This document shows, in pieces, positions 1 to 5,963 of a stretch of DNA of 13,195 nt. The notes under the pieces were generated by a model that did not search any database, was not told the DNA's origin, and saw nothing but the letters and a program-made list of their open reading frames with translations. The stretch comes from Pseudonocardiales bacterium. Lineage in GTDB: Bacteria > Actinomycetota > Actinomycetes > Mycobacteriales > Jatrophihabitantaceae. Location of the stretch: positions 1 to 13,195 of the forward strand of contig JAODNL010000578.1 in NCBI GenBank assembly GCA_025465405.1, written 5' to 3'. The position numbers were made by a program, and so were the translations under genes. How positions within the stretch are numbered: the stretch's first letter is position 1; each line of letters begins with the position of its first letter.

Positions 1-1
1 C

Positions 2-232
2 GTCGAGGACCCCATCGAGATGCAGCGCCTCGCCGACGCGCTGCCCGTCGAGAGGGCGGCCAGCCGCTTCATCGTGTCCGACGACCCCGAGGAGCACGTC
101 GACTCGATCAAGCGCTACCTCGACCTCGGCTTCACGCATCTCGTCTTCCATGCGCCCGGCCCGGACCAGGAGCGATTCCTGCGCGCCTACGGCCAGGAGA
201 TCCTGCCGCGACTGCGCACCCTCACGACGTAG
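2..232 (+). CDS. LLM-class F420-dependent oxidoreductase (luciferase-like monooxygenase / F420-dependent glucose-6-phosphate dehydrogenase family), C-terminal fragment; the 5' end lies outside the window
   Basis: The translation ...SDDPEEHVDSIKRYLDLGFTHLVFHAPGPDQERFLRAYGQEILPRLRTLTT matches the conserved C-terminal block of Fgd/LLM F420 enzymes. The frame is open back to position 2 and stops at TAG 230-232. Codon usage is typical of the genome. Confidence 0.65.
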   Translation, partial: VEDPIEMQRLADALPVERAASRFIVSDDPEEHVDSIKRYLDLGFTHLVFHAPGPDQERFLRAYGQEILPRLRTLTT

Positions 233-287
233 CGCTCGCCACGTGCCGACATGGCCACGGTGCCGGCTCCGAATCCGTCTGACGGGC

Positions 288-1076
288 TCAGGCCTGCTGT
301 GGCCCGCGTTGCCGGGTTCGCCGACGTCCTGCGAAGAGTCTCGCGGACAGCGTTACTGCTACTGCGGCGAGGCTGGCTGCGCGCCTCGTCCAGTCGGGTG
401 GAGCGCTGTCCCAACAGGCCATGAACAGGTAGCCCATTCCGATGAAGGCACTTCCCCATGCTACGGCGTGCGCACCGTTGACGAGGGCGAACATCCGGTA
501 GGAGACAGCGGAACCCGCTCGCGGGTCACCCGTCATCGCGTGAAGTGATGTCCATACCCGGCGACGCAGGGAAGTCCGCGGTTGCCATTCAGACCGCAGC
601 TTCGCCAGCCGTGCGCCGAAGCGGCGGCGAAGCAGGTATCCCGCGTTGTCGGAGGCGATGATCCAGCAGATGCCTCCGAGCATGGGCAGCCACAGACTGA
701 GGTGCTGCTGGAAGCCCAGGATGCCGCACAGGGCGCTGCCGCTGCGTCTGACGCCGGGTGGCGCGATGCGGGACGTCGTTCGCTTCGCCCCGGTCGTCAT
801 CGGCGTGGTGATCTGAGGGCTGAGCTTCGCGGGTGGGCAGTGCCGGCTGCTGTTCACGCAGCGGCGCACCTCGGGCGTAGCGTGGCGCTGGGCCGAGGGG
901 ACGACCGGCTCGTCGGCGTCGAGCAGGCCGCGCATCCCGGAGGCCAGCCAGAGACTGACGACCTCATCCCGACACGCCTCGCAGATCGTCAGGTGTGCGC
1001 GGACCGCGTGACTACCGCGTGGTCCCAGGGCATTCAGGACGAACGCGCCCACCCAGATCTGCATGTGGCACGTCAT
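288..1076 (-). CDS. Membrane-anchored anti-sigma factor with ZAS (zf-HC2) zinc-finger domain
   Basis: Within the 318-aa minus ORF, VRAHLTICEACRDEVVSL is an H-x3-C-x2-C motif, with Cys/His (MTCH) about 24 residues upstream. This is the zf-HC2/ZAS signature. Three hydrophobic segments follow: LCGILGFQQHLSLWLPMLGGICWIIA, MFALVNGAHAVAWGSAFIGMGYLF and AASLAAVAVTLSARLFA. Around 601-660, per-position GC is 85% at the third position of this frame and 55% at the second, which favours the minus strand over the antisense ORF 582..1346. The start is set at ATG 1076 (residue 57 of the ORF), which keeps the MTCH ligands and avoids a 104-nt overlap with the upstream gene. Codon bias weakens toward the 3' end, so the exact end and integrity are uncertain. 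Confidence 0.5.
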   Translation of the reverse strand: MTCHMQIWVGAFVLNALGPRGSHAVRAHLTICEACRDEVVSLWLASGMRGLLDADEPVVPSAQRHATPEVRRCVNSSRHCPPAKLSPQITTPMTTGAKRTTSRIAPPGVRRSGSALCGILGFQQHLSLWLPMLGGICWIIASDNAGYLLRRRFGARLAKLRSEWQPRTSLRRRVWTSLHAMTGDPRAGSAVSYRMFALVNGAHAVAWGSAFIGMGYLFMACWDSAPPDWTRRAASLAAVAVTLSARLFAGRRRTRQRGPQQA

Positions 1077-1140
1077 GCGCTCGTCTGCCTTCGGCACTGG
1101 GTGGCCATGTCTGTATTCACGGATCGCGGTCGGCAAACGC

Positions 1141-1614
1141 TCAATATTGGGACGGCGACGCGCCGACCGTCGGCAGGGTGGGGAGGGTGTTGTCGATTTC
1201 GTACCGCGCGGCCGGGCGCCGCGGTTGGATACGCCACGCGGCAAGTAGCACGATCAGGGATTCGGTGGAGATCGCGGCGACGCCGAGTGAGCAGTTCCAG
1301 TTTCCGACGTCGAGGGAATCTGTCGGCAGTCCGGTGGTGCGGCTGAGTACGTAGGCGAGAAGGGCGCCGCCGGCGATGGCGCTGGTCAGGGCCCAGACGA
1401 GCCGTCCGGGCAAAGTCAGCAGCATCGCGGCGGCGAGCACGGCCGCCACGACGAGCACAAAGTATCCGGAACCGATCACCGGGGTGGCTTGCAGGGTGCT
1501 CGGCAGATCAACGATATGGATGACCGCCACTGCCGTCAGGGCGATCGCGGCGGCGCCTCGAGTGAGGTGCTCGGACGGGATCCGCTCGAGGTGTTCGGGT
1601 TGCAGCGTGGGCAT
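1141..1614 (-). CDS. Small integral membrane protein (about 4 TM helices), function unknown, co-operonic with the ECF sigma factor
   Basis: 157-aa ORF with four hydrophobic helices (AAAIALTAVAVIHIV; VIGSGYFVLVVAAVLAAAMLLTL; LVWALTSAIAGGALLAYVL; SLGVAAISTESLIVLLAAW). A strong RBS AGGAGAG sits 5 nt before ATG 1614. Third-position GC is about 90% in this frame (1381-1440). It starts 34 nt after the sigma stop. Confidence 0.6.
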   Translation of the reverse strand: MPTLQPEHLERIPSEHLTRGAAAIALTAVAVIHIVDLPSTLQATPVIGSGYFVLVVAAVLAAAMLLTLPGRLVWALTSAIAGGALLAYVLSRTTGLPTDSLDVGNWNCSLGVAAISTESLIVLLAAWRIQPRRPAARYEIDNTLPTLPTVGASPSQY

Positions 1615-1648
1615 GATCTCTCCTGTCGGGCAAGGGAATGGCTACGGC

Positions 1649-2161
1649 TCAGGTCAGGCGGCGCGAGTCCAGTTGCCGCCGGAGTTGGCAGAGCGCGTAG
1701 TGCAGACGCGAGCGTGCGGTTCCGGCCGGCACACCGAGCCGAGCCGCGGTGACATGCATCGGGATGCCGAGGAAGAAGGTCTCGACCAGGATCTGCTGGT
1801 GCGGCGGGGAGAGCTGTCGCATGGCGTCGAGGAGAATGGTCCGGTCGACCAACTGGTCGAGCCCGCCGTCGACGAACGCTTCGACGGTAGGTTCCGCGTC
1901 GCTCAGCATCGGCCGGGCCTGCGCCGCGCGAGTGGCATCGATGAGCAGCCGCCGGGTCACGCGGAGCAGCCAGGCCCGCACCGGGCGCTCGTCTTCGAGC
2001 AGCCCGGGCAGGTGGCGCCAAGCCCGCAGGAACGTCTCCTGGACGATGTCCTCCGCGCGCCCACGGTCCTGCGTGAAGCCCTCGGCGTAGGCCAGCAGTG
2101 CCTGGCCGTGTTCGGCGTACAGCACCTTGATCGCCTCATCGGCGTTCGGTTTGCTCAGCAT
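1649..2161 (-). CDS. ECF (sigma-70 family, group 4) RNA polymerase sigma factor
   Basis: Region 2 (VLYAEHGQALLAYAEGFTQDRGRAEDIVQETFLRAWRHL) and region 4 HTH (LSPPHQQILVETFFLGIPMHVTAARLGVPAGTARSRLHYALCQLRR) are both present. The start is placed at ATG 2161 (M13 of the listed ORF). The 12 upstream codons (2162-2197) are an AT-rich perfect palindrome with GC3 about 30%, which is not coding-like. Confidence 0.85.
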   Translation of the reverse strand: MLSKPNADEAIKVLYAEHGQALLAYAEGFTQDRGRAEDIVQETFLRAWRHLPGLLEDERPVRAWLLRVTRRLLIDATRAAQARPMLSDAEPTVEAFVDGGLDQLVDRTILLDAMRQLSPPHQQILVETFFLGIPMHVTAARLGVPAGTARSRLHYALCQLRRQLDSRRLT

Positions 2162-2197
2162 GTCTACTAACACGCTTAGTAGACGCGATACGTTCAA
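2159..2197 (-). promoter_or_regulatory. 39-bp promoter/operator cassette, copy A (minus-strand sense TTGAACGTATCGCGTCTACTAAGCGTGTTAGTAGACATG), ending in the sigma-factor ATG
   Basis: 34/39 identical to copy B at 3701-3739 on the plus strand. It contains a TTGAAC -35-like hexamer and the dyad. Its terminal ATG is the sigma start codon, which suggests a leaderless transcript. Confidence 0.5.
2162..2184. promoter_or_regulatory. Perfect inverted repeat GTCTACTAA-cacgc-TTAGTAGAC (9+5+9), a putative repressor operator abutting the sigma-factor start codon. It is part of the 39-bp cassette 2159-2197.
   Basis: Read directly from the sequence. It is an AT-rich island in about 70% GC DNA. The same TCTACTA-N7-TAGTAG dyad recurs at 3715-3735. 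The TAC..A/T..GTA dyad style resembles BlaI/MecI/CopY-family operators. Confidence 0.6.
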
Positions 2198-2227
2198 CCA
2201 TCCGTCACCGGCGGGGTTCGGCGTCTG

Positions 2228-3235
2228 TCAACGCGGTGCGATAGCGGAAACCTGCTGGAAGGCACTGATCGGCCGCCGCACGGGTGGCTGTGTCGCGGCG
2301 ACCGCCGCCGGAGTCAGGGCGACGAGCAGCGGCATCAGCCCGAGCACAGCGACCGCGGCGCGGACCGTCCTGCGGCGCCGTGGACTCAGCGAGGCAGGCG
2401 GCAGCAGCAGCCGGCGGATCCTCGTCACGGTGTCACCGTCGGCCGCGGCGAGGGTGGCTGACGACGCGCTGACCGGGGCCAGGCCGGCTCGGGCCGTGGC
2501 CACGGCCACGATCGCCGTGGCGAGCGTCTCGGGATCGTGACTGCATGCGGCCAGGTCGTCAGCGTGCAATTCCAGCAGGCGGCGGACCTGACGCGGCAGG
2601 TCGCGCATGAACGGAAGTTCCGGCAGGGCGCGGCCGGCCAGCGCGGCGCCGGCGAGCAGGCGATGGTGCCGGGCGCCGAGGTGTGCCCGCTCGTGCGCGA
2701 GCACAGCAGCCAGCTGCGGGCCGGTGAGCAGTTCGATCGTGCCGCTGGTCAGGATCACGGTGTTCGTGCGGCCGGCCAGGCAATAGGCAGCTGGCTGCGG
2801 CTGGTCGAGGATCACCGCTTCGAGTTCGGCGGCTCGCCGACCGCACAGAATGAGCAGGGTGCGCTGACGGCGGCGCTCTGTCAGCCGGCTCCGGACGACC
2901 TGAAGTGATGCCCAGCCGACGCGGGCCGCTATCGCGCCCGACAGCGTCAGGCCGGCACCGGCGACCGCGGCGCCGCCCGGCGTCACGTAGGCGGCGCGGA
3001 GCCGCAGGATGCACGCGCCGAGCAGGTGGCTGAGCCCGCTCGAGAGTGCGGTGCCGGGCAGGGCGACGGTGAGCCCGGCGAGGAACAGTGCGGCCAGCAC
3101 CGACCATGCAGCGGCCAGCAGCAGCGTCGCGCCGAGCCGCGGTGCGCGCGCCAGCCAGCCGTCGTAGCGATGCGCGAGCCGGCCGAGCGCAAGGAGAATC
3201 GCCGCGTAGACCAGCAGCGCGGCGCCGACCGTCAC
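2228..3235 (-). CDS. blaR: M56-family zinc metallopeptidase, BlaR1/MecR1-like signal transducer lacking the C-terminal penicillin-binding sensor domain
   Basis: HEXXH motif (AVLAHERAHLGARHH) lies between hydrophobic helices, and there are N-terminal TM segments (VGAALLVYAAILLALG; LGATLLLAAAWSVLAALFLAGLTVAL). GTG start 3235-3233 overlaps the blaI TGA stop (GTGA), a classic coupling arrangement. The 335-aa length is too short for a PBP-like sensor domain. Confidence 0.8.
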   Translation of the reverse strand: MTVGAALLVYAAILLALGRLAHRYDGWLARAPRLGATLLLAAAWSVLAALFLAGLTVALPGTALSSGLSHLLGACILRLRAAYVTPGGAAVAGAGLTLSGAIAARVGWASLQVVRSRLTERRRQRTLLILCGRRAAELEAVILDQPQPAAYCLAGRTNTVILTSGTIELLTGPQLAAVLAHERAHLGARHHRLLAGAALAGRALPELPFMRDLPRQVRRLLELHADDLAACSHDPETLATAIVAVATARAGLAPVSASSATLAAADGDTVTRIRRLLLPPASLSPRRRRTVRAAVAVLGLMPLLVALTPAAVAATQPPVRRPISAFQQVSAIAPR

Positions 3236-3630
3236 CGCTTGGCCCGGCCACGCCGTTGGGTGAGCGCCACGTCCAGCGCGTGGGCCAGTGCCTTCGCGTC
3301 GTCGGCGTCGATGTGCTCGACGAACCGCGCCAGCGCACCAGCGCGATCCGTGCTGCTCTCCAGCGCGTCGTTCATCAACTGGGCGGCGTAGCTCTCCCGG
3401 GTGAGCGCGGCCGAGTAACGCCAGGCGCGGCCATCGCGTTTCCGGGTCAGCCAGCCCTTGCGGTGCAGGTTGTCCATCACGGTCATCACGGTGGTGTAGG
3501 CCAGCGGCCGCTCCGGCTGAAGCTCGAAGACCACGTCGCGCACCAGCCGAGATGCGTCCGCGTCCCACAACAGCTCCATGATCGCCGCCTCGAGCTCGCC
3601 GAACGGACGGAGCCGGCGCGATTCAGTCAC
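3232..3630 (-). CDS. blaI: BlaI/MecI/CopY-family winged-helix transcriptional repressor (penicillinase-repressor family)
   Basis: 132 aa with ELEAAIMELLW ... LAYTTVMTVMDNLHRKGWLTRKRDGRAWRYSA, the hallmark HTH/wing of BlaI-family repressors. GTG start at 3630 is preceded by GAGGGG 8 nt upstream. The gene is followed by an overlapping M56 peptidase gene. Confidence 0.85.
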   Translation of the reverse strand: MTESRRLRPFGELEAAIMELLWDADASRLVRDVVFELQPERPLAYTTVMTVMDNLHRKGWLTRKRDGRAWRYSAALTRESYAAQLMNDALESSTDRAGALARFVEHIDADDAKALAHALDVALTQRRGRAKR

Positions 3631-3700
3631 GACTGGTTCCCCTCACGCCAGATAGCACGCATTGTGGCACCCCGCCGTTCAATCGCGGGACGACCGGAGC

Positions 3701-3739
3701 TTGAACGTAGCGCATCTACTAGCCGTGTTAGTAGTCATG
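3701..3739 (+). promoter_or_regulatory. 39-bp promoter/operator cassette, copy B (TTGAACGTAGCGCATCTACTAGCCGTGTTAGTAGTCATG), in the divergent blaI / haloperoxidase-like intergenic region
   Basis: 34/39 identical to copy A. It contains the dyad CTACTAg-ccgtg-tTAGTAG (3715-3735). It ends in ATG 3737-3739, which is in frame with the downstream gene. It lies 49 nt upstream of the RBS-linked ATG 3788 and 71 nt upstream of the blaI GTG on the other strand. Confidence 0.5.
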
Positions 3740-3774
3740 TCGCGTGACCGACCAGAGTCGCGTGACCGAGCAGA
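3739..3774 (+). repeat. Tandem 18-bp direct repeat, GTCGCGTGACCGACCAGA / GTCGCGTGACCGAGCAGA (17/18 identical), between cassette B and the RBS of the haloperoxidase-like gene
   Basis: Read directly. Each unit contains an imperfect dyad, GTCGC/GTGAC. It is followed by CAGATC-GGA-GATCTG (3771-3785), an inverted repeat that includes the GGAG RBS. Confidence 0.55.
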
Positions 3775-3787
3775 TCGGAGATCTGTC

Positions 3788-5113
3788 ATGACTTCCAAGC
3801 CCCGCCGCGCCGCGAGCTCGCCACGGCCCAGGCTCGCAGCCGCGCTGGCAGCCATCGCCGTGATCGGTGCCGCATCCCTGACCGGTCCGGCGAGCGCGGC
3901 CGAACCCGCCGCGGCCAATGCCGTCGGGCCAGCCGCACGCAACGTGGTCGTCGAATGGAACCGGACCCTGCTGTCACTCGTGCAGACTCCCGGTGCGCAA
4001 CCGCCCACCGTCCAGCCCACCCGCGACTTCGCGATCATGAGCGCGGCCGTCTACGACGCCGTCGACGCGATCGACCCCGACCGCCCGCAGTACCTGCTTC
4101 ACCTCGCGGCGAGCCACCGCGCATCGCAGGACGCCGCGGCCGCGCGGGCGGCGCACGACGTGCTGACCGCGCTGTTCCCGAACTTCACGGCCCCGCTCGA
4201 TCAGCAGCTGACCGCCGACCTCGCCACCATCTCGTCGGGGCCGGCCCGAACCGCGGGCGTTCAGGTCGGGGCGCGGGCCGCGGCCGAGCTGCTGCAGACG
4301 CGGGCGACGGACGGCTCCGCCTCGCCGCCGCCGCCCTACCTGAGCACCGGCGCCGCGGGCGACTACCGGCCGACCGCTCCCGGATTCGCGGCGCCGGTGT
4401 TCACCCACTGGGGCGCGGTGACGCCGTTCGTGCTGCGCCGCGGCGACCAGTTCCGCCCCGCGCCGCCCGCCGTGCTGAGCAGCCCGGCCTACGCCGCCGC
4501 GATCAACGAGGTGAAGAGCCTCGGCCGGGACACGAGCGCCACCCGGACCGCCGAGCAGACCACCATCGGCAGGTTCTGGGCCGCCCCGGTGCAGAACTAC
4601 TGGAACGCCATCGCCGGGCAGGTGGTGCTCGCCCACCATGACGACACCGACTCCTCAGCGCGCACCTTCGCCCTGCTCGACCTCGGTCTGGCCGACGCCA
4701 CCATCGCCCTCTACGACGCCAAGTACACCTACCGGCTGTGGCGGCCGATCACCGCGATCCGCCTCGCCGGCACCGACGGCAACCCGCTGACCGCCGCCGA
4801 TCCGTCCTGGACGCCGCTGGCCACGACGCCGGCTGACCCGTCCTATCCCGGCGCGCACAGCACCCTGAGCGCGGCAGCGGCAACGGTGCTCACCGCCCGG
4901 TACGGCGACGATGTCTCTTTCACCGTCAGCTCGCCGACCCTGCCCGGCGTCACCCGCTCCTTCGGAAGCTTCCGCGCCGCCGCGACCGAAGCCGGGCTGA
5001 GCCGGATCTACGCCGGCATCCACACCCGCCTCGACCACGCGGCCGGCCTCACCCTCGGCGACCAGGCCGGCCAATACGCCCTCGATCACGCGCTCAGCCA
5101 TGACCAGCACTGA
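3788..5113 (+). CDS. Secreted PAP2-superfamily protein, vanadium-dependent haloperoxidase-like / acid phosphatase-like
   Basis: RBS GGAG sits 8 nt before ATG 3788. The N-terminus is a Sec-type signal peptide (MTSKPRRAASSPRPRLAAALAAIAVIGAASLTGPASA/AEP). The PAP2/VHPO tripartite motifs are present: K-x6-RP (KYTYRLWRP), a PSGH-like box (PSYPGAHS) and SR-x5-H-x3-D (SRIYAGIHTRLD). FWAAP...NYWNAIA is typical of the haloperoxidase-like branch. Confidence 0.75.
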   Translation: MTSKPRRAASSPRPRLAAALAAIAVIGAASLTGPASAAEPAAANAVGPAARNVVVEWNRTLLSLVQTPGAQPPTVQPTRDFAIMSAAVYDAVDAIDPDRPQYLLHLAASHRASQDAAAARAAHDVLTALFPNFTAPLDQQLTADLATISSGPARTAGVQVGARAAAELLQTRATDGSASPPPPYLSTGAAGDYRPTAPGFAAPVFTHWGAVTPFVLRRGDQFRPAPPAVLSSPAYAAAINEVKSLGRDTSATRTAEQTTIGRFWAAPVQNYWNAIAGQVVLAHHDDTDSSARTFALLDLGLADATIALYDAKYTYRLWRPITAIRLAGTDGNPLTAADPSWTPLATTPADPSYPGAHSTLSAAAATVLTARYGDDVSFTVSSPTLPGVTRSFGSFRAAATEAGLSRIYAGIHTRLDHAAGLTLGDQAGQYALDHALSHDQH

Positions 5114-5963
5114 CCGCCGGGCCGGCGCCACCTGGGCCGACATCGACGCTGAGGACGGTCAGCCTCACGGCGTGCTTCTGATCCACGGCCAGCCCGGCTC
5201 GTCGCTGATCTGGAACCGGGTCCGTCCCCTGCTACGCGATCGCGGTTTGCGGGTCATGGCGGTTGACCGGCCCGGCTACGGCCACACCGGCGGCGACGCC
5301 CTGAACCAACTCGACAACGCCGCGGCGCTTGCCCGGCTCCTCGACGAGCGGCACACCCCACCGGCGGTGATCGTCGGGCACAGCCTCGGCGCGGGCATCG
5401 CGTTGGCCCTGGCAGCCGCCGCACCGCACCACGTGCGGGCGCTGGTGCTCGTCGCTCCGGCCGCAGGGCCGGCCGCGATCACCGCGACCGACCGCGCACT
5501 TGCCGCGCGCGTCGTCGGCCCGTCGTTGAGCTGGCTCGGATTCCGGACGGCCGGCCTGCTGCTGCACATTCCGGTGCTGCGCCGCCGAATCCTCATCGGA
5601 CGCGCGGGCCTGAGCGCAACCGACGCCGAAGAAGTCGTTCGCCGCATGACCCCCGGCGACGTCTGGCGCAGCTTCACCATCGAGCAGCGGCACCTGGTGC
5701 GCGATGCCCATGAGCTTCAGCAACGATTGGACGCGATCCGCTGCCCGGTCGTGATCGTCGCAGGCACCCGCGACCGGATCGTCCGCCCCCGGGTCGCGGC
5801 CGCGGTGGCCGGACAACTGCCCGAGGCATGCCTCATCACGACCGACGCCGGTCATCTCATCCCGGTCGACGACCCCGACGCGGTCGTAGACGCTGTGCTC
5901 CGCGCACTTCGCCTGGACTACCGGAAATCCCTGTCACCTCGTTCGGGCCAGCGAAATGCCTGA
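5100..5963 (+). CDS. Alpha/beta-fold hydrolase
   Basis: HG oxyanion motif (LLIHGQPGS), nucleophile elbow GHSLG, and a late D/H region (ITTDAGHLIPVDDP). ATG 5100 overlaps the upstream stop by 14 nt. Confidence 0.8.
   Translation: MTSTDRRAGATWADIDAEDGQPHGVLLIHGQPGSSLIWNRVRPLLRDRGLRVMAVDRPGYGHTGGDALNQLDNAAALARLLDERHTPPAVIVGHSLGAGIALALAAAAPHHVRALVLVAPAAGPAAITATDRALAARVVGPSLSWLGFRTAGLLLHIPVLRRRILIGRAGLSATDAEEVVRRMTPGDVWRSFTIEQRHLVRDAHELQQRLDAIRCPVVIVAGTRDRIVRPRVAAAVAGQLPEACLITTDAGHLIPVDDPDAVVDAVLRALRLDYRKSLSPRSGQRNA

Noticed and set aside
582-1346. 254-aa plus-strand ORF (and 995..1354, 1063..1248) overlapping the ZAS gene
   Set aside because: The product is Arg/Gly-rich and low-complexity. Per-position GC shows the highest third-position GC on the opposite strand's frame. 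This is the typical antisense ORF of high-GC coding DNA.
1376-2170. ORFs 1376..2170 +, 1489..1752 +, 1536..2021 -, 1749..2090 +, 1957..2139 -
   Set aside because: Alternate or antisense frames of the sigma and 4-TM genes, with no motifs and Arg/Pro/Ser-rich products.
1650-2197. Upstream ATG at 2197 as the sigma-factor start (MNVSRLLSVLVD...)
   Set aside because: Those 12 codons are the AT-rich perfect palindrome, with GC3 about 30% and codons such as cta, tta and gta. The downstream ATG 2161 gives a normal ECF N-terminus.
2559-3747. ORFs 2559..3338 - (259 aa), 3088..3747 + (219 aa), 3026..3391 +, and the 111-codon 5' extension of 2228..3568
   Set aside because: Alternate frames over blaR/blaI. 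The M56 gene start is fixed by the GTGA overlap with the blaI stop. The products are R/P/A-rich junk.
3662-3787. N-terminal extension of the haloperoxidase-like ORF (start 3662, or cassette ATG 3737)
   Set aside because: GC3 is about 50%. The stretch contains the operator and the tandem repeat. An RBS-linked ATG at 3788 followed by a signal peptide is the better start. The 3737 start remains a minor possibility.
3955-5855. ORFs 3955..4641 +, 3974..4639 -, 4655..5143 -, 5232..5855 -, 5276..5680 -
   Set aside because: Alternate or antisense frames inside the haloperoxidase-like and hydrolase genes. The products are Arg/Gly-rich with no motifs.
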